Under the pieces are notes generated by a model that did not search any database, was not told the DNA's origin, and saw only the letters and a list, made by a program, of their open reading frames with translations. A stretch of 64,000 nucleotides of DNA from an uncultured virus (IMG/VR IMGVR_UViG_3300044715_001089). Its lineage: Duplodnaviria > Heunggongvirae > Uroviricota > Caudoviricetes. Shown in pieces: positions 11,001 to 19,444 of this stretch; position 1 is the first letter of the stretch, and each line of letters begins with the position of its first letter. Made by a program: the position numbers and the translations under genes. The stretch lies in the IMG/VR virus record IMGVR_UViG_3300044715_001089, one strand, 5' to 3'.

Positions 11001-13452
11001 AATCTGGGGCGCACTAACAGAAGGACTCAATGGTCTTCTTAATATGTTTAGGGTTTCTATGATGCAAATGGGCTATGGTCTGCAGGAAGTCGACAATTTT
11101 GCAAAACAAGCAAATATTTTGAATAAAGCTTTAAACGATTCTATATATTACTCGGCAGGGCGTGCCGGTTCGATACTCAGAGCAGTAGACAATCCGTTCA
11201 CTAGAGAATATGGTGAACCAGTAATAGAAGTAAGAGAACCATTTCAAAGAATGCACTACCTAAGTTCATTCTCTCATATTTTAGCAAATAATATAACTGA
11301 AACAACAGCAAGTGTAGCTACACAAGTTACGGCAGTATCTGACGGAAAATACCCAGTTACTGTAGCATTGGATAAGAGCATACCTTCCGAGAGACAAGTG
11401 GAGAAAACTGTTGAGACAGGTTTATACTTTGACAATGTAATGGGTTCTGGTATTTTTGGAATAGCACAACCACTATTCCACCCATTTGAATTTGCTAGAG
11501 GAATGAGCAAACTAGCAACAGGAGCACCTGATGAACTAACTGCTAGAAGAGTAGCCTTATCTCATTTAAGAGAATCTTTAAAAGATATCTACGGAGGAGA
11601 ATTAATAGTATTAGGGTCTCCAGATATTAGACCTCATGACCTAGTCTATCTTGCTGACGTATATGAAAGAATGTATGGAATATTTGAGGTAGAACAAGTA
11701 GTTCATCACTTCACTTCAGATATGGGATTTGTAACATCTATTACACCCAATGCTTTTGTGTCAGTAAATGATCCTGGTAGGTGGTTCTTATCTTCCTGGA
11801 TGCACTCTTGGTTCTCTATTCAAAATATAAGAAACGACACTAGATCAATAATGAGTTCAGTTCAATCTGGCACAACTGGCGTTATATCAAACGGAAATAT
11901 ATCAATGGACGGCCTATCACAAGCACTCCAAACACAGATGCTGGGAGGAATACAGTTTACTCATGGATCAAGTGCTTTAATGAAAGACATTGTGTCAAAC
12001 TATAGCGCAGAGGCATTAAGTGATGCACAAGCAAGTATCGAAACTCAGATGAAAGAGGGAAACATCAATGGTCCAGGATTGAAGCCATTGCTGGGTGTAG
12101 CAGTAGGCATCATAGGACTAGGAGCTGTTGGAGCCCTGCTTGCTCCTACTGGTTTAACTGCACTTGGAGTTGGTTTAGCTGGAAGCATAGGTGGCCAGGT
12201 GGGTTGGGGCGGTTGGAAATGGGTAAGGGATAACGTCCTAGATCAACACGGTTGCTATATACAATATCTGAATAGAAATGGTCAACCAATGGATGGTGGA
12301 TTGGCGATCAACCAAGGAATGGTAGTCGGAAGACATCATAGCACTAAACTACTTCCTGGAATATTGGGAGTTCGTACAAAGACAAGAGACGTTAACGGAA
12401 ATGCTTTTATTAGAAGTGATGATATCTTAAAGAGCTTGGGTTGGAAAGAAACAGAAATTACAGATTTAGTTAGACAAGTAAGTTTAGAAAATGCACTTGT
12501 TAACGCAGAAGTCTTAAAGTACTCTGGCACTAGTCCAGATCAAGCCTCTTTTTCTAGTTTCTTTAAAGTAGTATGTAAACTAGTTAGGGTCATCGATGCT
12601 GGAGAGATAGAAGTAGTAGACGTTTTCAACCCTAGTTCTGCTCCTTTCAAAGTAAAAATAGACGGAATTATTTCTGTTCCAATGAATTCAATAAGTGGTT
12701 ATACAAATAATTCTTCTAACCAAACAACTATTATCAATACTGGATCAGTTGGCGGTAAGGCTGGATTGTTTATTTCTGAAAGATTAAAAGATACAGTTTT
12801 TGTAGTTAGAATTTCTCCAAATGATACATCTAAGACTTCTATATATACAGAAGATGACCTTGCACCAGGTGCTGCTCCAAATAAAGTTTCTAATTATCTA
12901 AAAGCAACTTCTCAAAATGGATATACTGATTACGATAAAGACAAAGCAAAAGGTACTATATTCTATAGATTAGCTGAAAATGAATTATCAAATATAGAAA
13001 ATGATTTAAAATATATATTTAGTTATAATGAAGCTTCAGGTGTCGAAAAAATAAAAAGCGCTTTTAAAGAAACGCTATATAAAGATTCAGTTTTGTTTAA
13101 AAAGTTTGAAGAAGTATATTCAGATATAGTTGTTTCCGGATATAGAGATTACACTTCTTTACTTGGAACTACTAGACTTTCTGAAATGACAGCTGAAAAA
13201 AAGAATTTATTTAGTATACTATATACATATAGGGTAATGGAAATCCTTTATGATAAGTCGTCTCAATGGCCATATGTTTCGTGGGATGAATACTATGAAG
13301 ATGGCGGTCCAGCTACCTTAAACTGGGAACTCGTAATAAATAATTATGCTCAGGTAAATACCACCGATCTCTTAAGGGAGAGAAGCTCGGTAATAAGCCT
13401 AGAAGAACAGATTGCTATGCCTACAGTAGTAGTGACAAGAAGGGAGAACTAG
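2053..13452 (+). CDS. giant (3799 aa) virion protein, baseplate hub/tail-initiator-like multi-domain fusion
   Basis: Uninterrupted ORF. C-terminal GSPDIRPHDLVYL...GIFEVEQVVHHFTSDMGFVTSIT resembles hub (gp27/gpD-like) C-termini. Adjacent to spike, wedge and baseplate J genes. Confidence 0.7.
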   Translation: MAVNPKIIAWLEDNFPTKESVDDYIEEVNLAYIKMKDYLVRPITYSLFVKQGTYSQQYVDKESHYWYLDEMPALESAILPDADDPLWVLCRKEAASYLAPMTPSGYSSKATDAQIVAFLRKNFYNNLSPNANLDQKDGAANIAWTNYYNKDKDGTDRSPSMGNGLSLFGNYISLSVFVKYAIIRLRQWDPVTKTLSGETKISPNPGANNPPTDNTDTTVNPVFDSDENYLSRIAFLENYLVSLSPELYNSTDGAVGGLYATIARKNNIFIQADQVLSDLSGYDVFQKILSPRDGATLTALDSKYQKILFQQMEASGLLDLLVHSDEIRQFGRDRFRNENTVKASAGNIVNGTRDTVWLQQLGVTLSVLSRQPVVMATLYNYFPDLINFFFEALAIAGDYSNNGAGGGVEDSQNDPEAILKDLVASFGQVNGESIFTGAWELVNTAQRIRKALEESPFRQNIAPKSPDVFHLRLGAANFYVPPIKIDVGTTFKISSLGEQGLRQRTSAKYNAGYKHVQISMKLYFPNYEEIWGISIKDASKINLKDNYKIDFKQTGNEDQIDKFLSSLRGMVAAFKYSPIIPIKNHYLNSVHGITGVALNDMIIETIENYPFGLAVTLQMSNFNHKPFLPMINDFNQSINWGRYRQYMGKAAGQLHNYVNEEFLLKKPTDTTDSTTPPEGNYTNPSSTGAGLNTTLAIRNAMEAISPADPEVIGYSDQDVFVTNVYKEWTDGSNISFFVPAETQTKIFTPDISDFRSNAEKLDTQINASSRGIWDSFLNNFGIKVNNDTGYYKSLDDTIITSKGNQVEFTVRKKLVESIDILTTASNPKIFTEKAYSTSIESFIAQNGDLLNSSRKTFLRNFSNDSNAFTDIATWKFGAKTFPDKTLLEMKKIIKALSINTNAYLDHLVEQQALTIAINANKSKDDKFLADTKAQLKEKYAIGYSALMYQRFFTYGPIRDLMEAARERAGSFHIREWEVPMLQLDFDPKNVIVTGVAVSLSNNFVPLQLQLQEEPTFQHIGGGDSNISIRMMVKGEKELIKLRKMFDHINGLARLEHATGVMGFLGIKNIITALAGIKYVLPLRFDVQTVEGFPHVYAVNLQLVDFDIFQQKREQLSSAQQKQFIEEFGTKKNPFLRIKQLWGQFNAYPDFPLEVRNKDNEIVGTLDPDFYFRSFDMFDRDVVNNITTEAGKLTRLNFTNVKPDDSQSGMTQLPSGSSQEAINRYKASISAARAQYDAIIAKFKDYIKVNDLTGLKRYVKDSLTLSPSEVGSYIRDALENDDKNNFLLKYVDSLDEEEFPSTGPANANYRVAQGKLQVGDISSSDKEDAKKLESLLKGEKSIEGEDSVSFEPDDLPAHCLIHTFPAVSGSAERKMPSILHTADGYQFGYVNKDNGRFYLTVDDVNVKRESGEVTYFGVTDTQSPDVGTTKSLTGVVGAKALSDYQYSYTSGDNSQSEATNKNGNSKSVSKHWEKMMIDTSYRDISGRMIRAYPTYMLWLIDEGNFAGTKLFDNFYGLQSITSFSIVQSEDILGDTLMLNISNMYSKLSTREATTIFNGTNKQNDDPGTSMGLTSGLESIIDLTLNRARNMLGHMESQYVVSIENIRLKPGVRVHLRGGYGSNPNSLQTLFNGVITEVELGQVVKVTAQSDAIELSPIINSTNNKGSSGKIDGGINTGMYMSEPRDLMVRLLSMGASRTREAFAMATRGTIFSANKFGIKHFGNILYEPLNEIELNRQRGIRNSVADAATSVGKGAGVSGTVSAAYGMINPADQNQSVLGAETRLPVLSMMQTLWSNFSAQRDLELFKRNIYPGNGTGIAQYLGGDLGDGWAQVSSLSPESNVNPRLDYLNRLTDSSWNDLLQNSGAGDASAQKQLSLLTESGRAREGGMVASKILGGGLAAVGIAGMAALPGTILPAIAAGGAFTGLLGAMNGRGGKNIFKTMGLISDLDDDMPGFDEVSFRCQTYMKSVWDIFQTCARILPNYIVAVRPFEDRSTVFYGKPHWLYTSGVVPITTGFPSEEKAVRLGLKTPSYISPDQQLLETLAEINNQSSSTADYLQTSALMESSESLKGLIKEQSSNDSVYKPALALKGEIINLTDPKRLKFVSKETKEVLAEIPVSTGNVTIGYHLPIVPSGDQSQAKLEDFVTTHKQIDQLPARFSFPYFTDRTKGAILLDYAFFSVAAKRGKVNTKDTPSEDFYNDDKDYQKLGRDKNWNIILEAEAQLIGKSPTTDYGDLIDTEKLKQEISLNISTLSSMRSLDVNTITGNSFIYDLEGLDKGATGASDVIRMPLPSLKTEVSNANNINSYGSWEYNYFDKGTITDKSPFSYKDWGSPKTSIEEQFYIAMRWPYKIMDDMSESNDLLDTFKSKYFSGRSSAEFYGKPEDYKNRRILVYSPITNQAVVCQPAFFMWGEDKVDTYGGSTDGENRTDEWYLNSKADNNIELSLAAIVSPDAALYLGVLNLTEDEKDYYDGDNDANDAAKILASAGISPNPQPRDCYFIFVDDNTPLGVASTMDIPITPFKLVSSPGNESTITGDEVLIGFGKYSVAGSSGPTELTATIATYGSIGGMSQLPAGASQAAIDAYIKAAKTPIASAFTDYSPSAGIIPMTAAMLAEQAARGGNYKDYFNLVNAKDYDKLSHDELYKILDGELATTGNEFTGTGRNTFPAVYDPADPQAYDARALFDEDFSSNVHVLAGNGRTLFEANEVWDQFRMGYHTYDSVKEIFFNIFGVNPEDEEPLPSTFSEIIKQAASGKVEDALKVELFKKFNSTNGTAVDEFSVLLGSDFINAKGAQGPAVGGTIEEVTSEGIKAAIEYARANFIDAPESKDGLISYFNSILKDKFIKLGAFVAANKTLIQAGGTDAGFIFDSGGEALTGKQLFYLIIGLFRQAMWQEPYARAWLVLKPNRRYKTMGIGSSDHWDFRPVDKIFAAFIDPNLNFASDKKKFLKLLADNKSEGNSSTNIFAAVGGSVDDFYKNNIGPIWGALTEGLNGLLNMFRVSMMQMGYGLQEVDNFAKQANILNKALNDSIYYSAGRAGSILRAVDNPFTREYGEPVIEVREPFQRMHYLSSFSHILANNITETTASVATQVTAVSDGKYPVTVALDKSIPSERQVEKTVETGLYFDNVMGSGIFGIAQPLFHPFEFARGMSKLATGAPDELTARRVALSHLRESLKDIYGGELIVLGSPDIRPHDLVYLADVYERMYGIFEVEQVVHHFTSDMGFVTSITPNAFVSVNDPGRWFLSSWMHSWFSIQNIRNDTRSIMSSVQSGTTGVISNGNISMDGLSQALQTQMLGGIQFTHGSSALMKDIVSNYSAEALSDAQASIETQMKEGNINGPGLKPLLGVAVGIIGLGAVGALLAPTGLTALGVGLAGSIGGQVGWGGWKWVRDNVLDQHGCYIQYLNRNGQPMDGGLAINQGMVVGRHHSTKLLPGILGVRTKTRDVNGNAFIRSDDILKSLGWKETEITDLVRQVSLENALVNAEVLKYSGTSPDQASFSSFFKVVCKLVRVIDAGEIEVVDVFNPSSAPFKVKIDGIISVPMNSISGYTNNSSNQTTIINTGSVGGKAGLFISERLKDTVFVVRISPNDTSKTSIYTEDDLAPGAAPNKVSNYLKATSQNGYTDYDKDKAKGTIFYRLAENELSNIENDLKYIFSYNEASGVEKIKSAFKETLYKDSVLFKKFEEVYSDIVVSGYRDYTSLLGTTRLSEMTAEKKNLFSILYTYRVMEILYDKSSQWPYVSWDEYYEDGGPATLNWELVINNYAQVNTTDLLRERSSVISLEEQIAMPTVVVTRREN

Positions 13453-13453
13453 A

Positions 13454-16400
13454 ATGGCTGGATCTGATTTTGGATTTGACGTCAATGACCTATCTGATTC
13501 TACCGCTATTGCCTCCAAGTTAGGGGAAAGCTATAATCCAGGTGGATCTGATAGCTTAACTACATCTGCTTCTCAAAATGACTATGAGAATCAGACCCTA
13601 ACAACTAGAGACATTAGTAGCGTGATGTCACGGAGATGCTTTATTTAGAAATCCAGCAACCTTGATAGCTACAGAGCAAAAGTTTGTTAACTCAGCTGCT
13701 CATTCCATATTGACTACTGGTGCACAATCGGCGGAAGCTTTTAATATAGTAAATCCTGATTTTCAAGGTCAAAAAGGTCAATCAACAACAATTAGCGGAG
13801 GACAGGCTTATCTTAAGATTATAGCTAGCACCATAGCAGGCACTGGTTATAGGGCTACTGGATCTGGCGCTAATCCTTTGCAGGAGCTACTTGGTGCCTA
13901 TACTAAGGGTCAATGGGGTCAGGTTACAGATTCAGGTAGCGTATCCGATGATGGACGTCCTGCCATAAGGCACGGAAATGTTACTTATATTCCAGATCCA
14001 GAAGCTCCAGGCTTAGGTTCAAGAGCAGTAGCATTAGATTCAGAATTATCAGAAGAAGAAAAAGCTTTCTACATAGAACGAGGAACTCTCCTTTATCAAA
14101 CTCTTAATAAGCAAAATTGTTTAAAAATGGGTTTTGATATAGATTTTCCTGATACATGGGATAATTTTAAGTTGTGGTCAACTCATACATATTTTCCTGA
14201 TATAAAACCAGATCCAAGGTATTTAGACAACGCGATAATTACTGCACCAATACAGAAGGCTTACATTTCAGCAGCATTAATGGAATTATTAATTCTATTA
14301 ACAGATAAAATAGGTTTTAGCGGAGGGTTTGGAATAGATAGAGCCATAGTTAAAGATACTGCAGAAAATAAAGCTGGCATTAATGGATCTAGTGCTCAAG
14401 CGTCCTCGTCTACGGGAACTGTAATATCGGACCATGTGTTTGGTCGCGGTTTTGACATAATGCAGATAGGTCGTACTAGAGAGTCTATTTTAGCTTTTCA
14501 ACCAGAAAATGTAAATGACTATGAAAACAAATTAGATTTCTTACTTGAAGCTCTAAGTACCATCCCGATGCCCTTATTGCCAGATCTAATAATGATTCAT
14601 CCAGAGGTAGCAGCAAGATTAGGAGTATCTGATGGGTTAGAAGGACCAGCAACGGCTATAAAATCTAAATATCCTAATTTAAAATATGTTAATTTTGGTA
14701 CTGATATTAATCACAAAGATCATATACATATTTCCTTTAGCTCAGAAAGAGGAGGAAAGTATATTGGTTCTGAGGGTCTTATAACAAGCACAAATACTGG
14801 AACTGCCCCCGTTGTTACTGATGAAACACAAGCTGCAATTACTACTGGAAGACAAAAAGCTAGAATCAGTTTTATGGATAACTTTGATCAACTTTCTGAA
14901 TTAGAATTATTTTCAATTTTAACAGAAAGATTTTTTGAACCAGAAATTGCAGCAATATTTTGTGCTATAGCAGCAAGAGAAGGAAACAGAAGACCTGGAT
15001 CCTTCAATGGAAAATGTAAAGTAAACGCTAATGGTGGTTGGGGCGGAGATTACTCTATAGGTTTTTTGCAATATAACCTAATAGGAAGAATGAAAAGATC
15101 ATCAGACTTTGCTGAGGAAGTTCCTATTTATTTTGATGGAACAAAAGATCTACCAACTCCTGTAAAGGTTAAAGTATCCCATTTAGCTTATAAAAAGGGG
15201 GCTGATGCTAACCTAAGCAATAACGCAATTGGTGCAAAAATGGTGGAATTACAAAATAAAGGAAAACCAGAAACTGATCCACGTATTTGGTATCCAATAA
15301 ACCAAGTAGGATTTATTGCAACCAGTGCCTTCAATTATAGTGGGACACCGATTAGTCGTGGAGCAGCAGGGTTCAGACCATGGGGTGATTACAATAATTC
15401 AGACGGAACACCTAGGTCTGTTTGTGGATTTATATTTGATATAGAATATCAAGATGTAGTTAGCGTATATCTGACTACTGGTAAAGATATAGCAATATTA
15501 GAAGAATGGATTAAAAAAAATATAACAACTACTTCAAATCCAAGAGTTGTACCATATTTATCACGATGGATGATGGGAAGTGTTTTTACTAGTAAAGGAG
15601 CTGTTAAATCTACTAAAGCAATTAATTACGTAGCAGCTTCTGGATCTGGTGGAACTGGAAGTCCAGCAGTCTTAAAAAAAATAGATAATAAATTAGCCAT
15701 TATAGGAAATGGAACATTGCAACAGTGCTCCACTCTAGTCAATGATAAGATGCCAACAACTCCATGGAATAATTATAAAGTTGATGGAGATCTTGGAAGG
15801 CGTACATCCCTTGCAAATACGCCCCCAAAAAAATCTGTTTTAGATACAATAATAGACCTTAAGACTACGCAAGATTATAAACCAGAAGCATATATAATAG
15901 TAGCAGGAAGCGCTGATATAACGTTTATATCAACTCAAGCTACAATGAAAGCTTCAATTATTAAAGTAATGAAACAAATAGGTAAAGTAAAAACTTATTG
16001 GTTTAATACATATGGAAAAACAACAGATGACGACACTTTAAGTAGGTCCATATTATGGAACCAAGCACTGGCTGAAGTAAGGGCTATGGCAGAATTCAAA
16101 GATTGGCTTTTGTCTTCAACCACTTTAGAATGGGATAAGGCAGTGCAGGGAACACCAGGCTATTTATCTGAAAATGGAATAACTTTATCAGACTTAGGAA
16201 AAGAGGCTTTTTCTTTAGCGGTTCAACAAGCTGCAAATAATTTAGCTGCAATAGTTGTACCGGGATCATATTCTGTTGATGCAGGCGGGGATGCTGTTCC
16301 TATTTTCACGGAAGCCCAGATATCAGAAGCTGCACAGTGGTTAAAGGCTAATAGGTTAGATTTATGGCAGACTACTTATAATAAAACTATTGGCTGTGAA

Positions 16401-16799
16401 GGATTTGCAAATAGACTTAGCGCAGGACTTGGACTGTATGCGATAACTGCGGGTAACCTTGTTGCAAAGTCTCCAGTTTCAGCGGTGTTCAATGCTGAAT
16501 GGCCAGAGTCAATTCCTACCAACCTAACAACATACCCAAGTGCTCAAGCCCATTATAATGCAGTTAAGAATAGAAGTACATTCTATAAACCATCAACCCC
16601 TAATGGAAAAAACCCACCAGCTGGTTACGTAGTCTATTGGACAGGTGGAACTGGTGAACTAGCTAATTTAGGCCACAACGGAATTTCTATTGGTGGTGGA
16701 AAGTTTATAGATGAAAGCGACCAAGGAGAAGTACTTCTTACTAGTGACATTTGGCCAGGAAGAAACTATACTTATGTAGGAGCATCAGCAACATGGTAA
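13454..16799 (+). CDS. tail-associated multi-domain peptidoglycan hydrolase, 1114 aa when CGGA at 13631 is read as one unit
   Basis: ORFs 13454-13648 and 13662-16799 join with a +1 shift at TCA-CGGA-GAT. Motifs: SDHVFGRGFD...HKDHIH (M15-like Zn peptidase), AIAAREG...SIGFLQYNL (lysozyme/SLT-like), degenerate SGNH-like region, GCEGF...PPAGYVVYW...GHNGIS (CHAP/NlpC-like). Confidence 0.75.
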
Positions 16800-16811
16800 A
16801 AGGAGCAAACA

Positions 16812-17177
16812 ATGCCTAACATTTATCCTAAATTTGATAAAAAGATTTCGGATTCCCTAGACTCAGCTAGAATACAGCAAACAAAACCTAGGCCTGCTGT
16901 TGTCATGTCTTTTGACAGAAAATCGAATACAGTAGTTGTAATACTAGAAGATAAAATGTCTGGTGCAGTGGGAGAGATAATGAACAACGTCCCATGTCCA
17001 GATATACAAGGGGTTCAAACGGTAGCACCAACAGCTGGTTCAAGGTGTATAATAGGGTTTAGAGACGATAATGAAAGATGGCCTTATATCATATCTTTTA
17101 TAAATGATATCAATTTTCAAGCCAAATCTAGAATCAACTATGGCGTTGATACTGGAATACCGAATTTTTTAGTGTAA
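16812..17177 (+). CDS. baseplate spike-like protein (gpV/gp5 OB-fold N-terminal type)
   Basis: AVVMSFD..SNTVVV...NVPCP...PTAGSRCIIGF...PYII pattern; AGGAG RBS; position in the baseplate cluster. Confidence 0.6.
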   Translation: MPNIYPKFDKKISDSLDSARIQQTKPRPAVVMSFDRKSNTVVVILEDKMSGAVGEIMNNVPCPDIQGVQTVAPTAGSRCIIGFRDDNERWPYIISFINDINFQAKSRINYGVDTGIPNFLV

Positions 17178-17178
17178 C

Positions 17179-17883
17179 ATGAGCGTACAGGATCCACTTT
17201 CAAAAAGCTATAAATCAACGGCAAAAGACGCCCCAAAAGAGATGCAAGAAATAGGGAGAAGAAAGAACTTTTCCTCTAGAGAGGTGGGCCTTACTCATCC
17301 TGACAACTCTTCTTTTATTAGGTTAAACGACGCTGGTGACATAGAGATATTTTCAGTTCCTGGAGTTGGGATTGTAATTAGTGGGGCAACTAGAACAATA
17401 TCCTTATTTGCCGACAATATTAGATTTCACACCAAAGAAGATGGTTTGAAATGGAACTCTATGGACTTTAACCATTCAGCTGACTCTTTTGCGGAACCAG
17501 CTTTAGTAAAATCTAATTCAGATAATTATAATCCCGCATTTGCAAATATGGACTTTTTGATAGAAAGCCTTTCCGGCATAATAGCAGAGGATAAACAACC
17601 TCAGGATAGTGAATCTCCTATTACTATTAATGGTGATTATCAATTTGCAGACAGCAATAAAGACATAACCGATAACTATGGCTTTAGCCAGGAGTCTGAA
17701 TCATCATCACTTTTTACAGATGATCAAATTAGTATAATTAAATCTTCTTGGGAATCCATTCCTTCAAATCAAAATCAAAAAATTAAATATAATCAATTTA
17801 TAGATTATATAACAAATTTAATGCAAAGTGGATATACCTTTAACCAATCTAAAGATAAAGCAATAAGGGATAAAAGTGTCTGA
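17179..17883 (+). CDS. putative baseplate/spike-associated protein
   Basis: LTHPDNSSFIRLNDAGDIEI beta-rich segment like gp5 C-terminal repeats; gene context. Confidence 0.5.
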   Translation: MSVQDPLSKSYKSTAKDAPKEMQEIGRRKNFSSREVGLTHPDNSSFIRLNDAGDIEIFSVPGVGIVISGATRTISLFADNIRFHTKEDGLKWNSMDFNHSADSFAEPALVKSNSDNYNPAFANMDFLIESLSGIIAEDKQPQDSESPITINGDYQFADSNKDITDNYGFSQESESSSLFTDDQISIIKSSWESIPSNQNQKIKYNQFIDYITNLMQSGYTFNQSKDKAIRDKSV

Positions 17884-18256
17884 TTTTTATATAGATTTAG
17901 CTGGGGACCTACGAATAACTGGCAATGGAGATATAGCCTTGACCCAAAGTCCCGGCGAGAAGGACATTCAGCAAGTTTATTTAAGGTTAATGACAGAACC
18001 TGGTGACTTCTATATCTACCCAAATTTAGGAACCGACCTATCGATGTTGTACGGAATGCCTCAGACTCCTGAGACCGGAGACTTTGGAAAGAGATTAATA
18101 AGAGCTGCCCTTGAGAGGGAAAACATCTTTGGCAATAGACAGATATCCATAGAGGCAGTCCCGACTTCAGCGGATTCAATAAGATTTGATGTATTTATAG
18201 TCTCAGATTTCAATCAAAAGACTGTACTATCTATAACACAGAGCCTAGGAGTCTAG
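17876..18256 (+). CDS. baseplate wedge subunit, gp25/GPW-like
   Basis: GDL...GDI...QQVYLRLMTEPGD...YPNLGTDL motif; immediately before baseplate J. Confidence 0.8.
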   Translation: MSDFYIDLAGDLRITGNGDIALTQSPGEKDIQQVYLRLMTEPGDFYIYPNLGTDLSMLYGMPQTPETGDFGKRLIRAALERENIFGNRQISIEAVPTSADSIRFDVFIVSDFNQKTVLSITQSLGV

Positions 18257-18257
18257 A

Positions 18258-19427
18258 ATGCCAATCCTGAATACCAAAACAAAAGAACAGATGCTAATAA
18301 ACGCATTAGACTCCTTGCAGAGAAACGCTGGTATTTCTTCAATATCTCCTGGTTCAATAGCCAGAGCTTTTGCTGAAGCTATAACTACTGAAATAGCAGA
18401 TCTTTATAGTTCTTTTAAAATTAGCGTAGAACAATCCAGCCTAGCCCTAGCATCCGGTAAGAACCTAGATGCCATAGGAGAGCTCTACAACGTCTCTAGA
18501 AGAAGCATAGCTGATGAGTTGGTCACAGATAGGATAACTTCCAATATACAGTTCTATTTGACCTCACCGTACTCTAGTGATATAACGATTCCTTCTGGAA
18601 CGTTGGTTTACAATAACGTAGATAACTTTAATGACATTCAATACGCTTATGAACTCAGTGGCAGCGTCCTCATACAATCTGGTGCCACGTCAGTGTACGG
18701 TGCGGTAAAGGCCAAATATGAAAATACTGGGATTACCGCAGCTAGAGATACGTTAGTAAAGCATAACTTCATAGCACCTCCAGGGGCCGTAGTATTTTGT
18801 ACAAACCCTAAGGAAGTCTATGCTGCGATAAATGCAGAAGCCGATGACAACTATAGAAAAAGAATAGTTTCAGCTATTAGAGGAAGTAGTTCCGGTACTG
18901 CTGAGTCTATAAGATTTGCAGCCTTATCAGTTAAAGGTGTTAAAGACGTCAAGATTAAAGAAGGATCATACGGGATTGGATCTTGTGACCTGCTAATAGT
19001 CCCAGAGAGTCCTTCGTCTTTAGGTAACATTCCAGAAATAGTTTACACTGCAGTCAGTGGAGCAAAACCACTAGGTATAAGAATTAATACTAGAGTCGCT
19101 GTCAAAAAGTCAGTAGACGTAAGTGTTACCTTGACTTTAAAGCAAGGCACATCATCACAGGCTGCTACTGCAATTGAAATGCAAGCAAGAATATTTTTGA
19201 TAAGATATTTAAACTCTCTAACAATTGGTAGTTCTATCTCGGTTCAAGAGATGGAATCACAAGCTAAATATGCTTCTGACTTCATAGTTGGTGTTACGGT
19301 TAATAATTTATCAGTAGATAAAAAAAGTGTACCAAATGTAAACTATAGATTATCAGATGATAAAAGTTACATGGGAGCTGGCGCAGTAGGAGTATATTCT
19401 GTTATAATTGGTAGTTCAGGCTACTAA
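18258..19427 (+). CDS. baseplate J-like protein
   Basis: PGSIARAF, ASGKNLDAIG, ITIPSGTLV, EADDNYRKRI, GTAESIRFAALSVKGV motifs. Confidence 0.85.
   Translation: MPILNTKTKEQMLINALDSLQRNAGISSISPGSIARAFAEAITTEIADLYSSFKISVEQSSLALASGKNLDAIGELYNVSRRSIADELVTDRITSNIQFYLTSPYSSDITIPSGTLVYNNVDNFNDIQYAYELSGSVLIQSGATSVYGAVKAKYENTGITAARDTLVKHNFIAPPGAVVFCTNPKEVYAAINAEADDNYRKRIVSAIRGSSSGTAESIRFAALSVKGVKDVKIKEGSYGIGSCDLLIVPESPSSLGNIPEIVYTAVSGAKPLGIRINTRVAVKKSVDVSVTLTLKQGTSSQAATAIEMQARIFLIRYLNSLTIGSSISVQEMESQAKYASDFIVGVTVNNLSVDKKSVPNVNYRLSDDKSYMGAGAVGVYSVIIGSSGY
19400..19408 (+). promoter_or_regulatory. extended -10 promoter element TGTTATAAT
   Basis: Perfect TGnTATAAT 36 bp upstream of the phosphoesterase ATG. 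Confidence 0.55.
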
Positions 19428-19444
19428 TAAAAAGAAGGCTTTTA

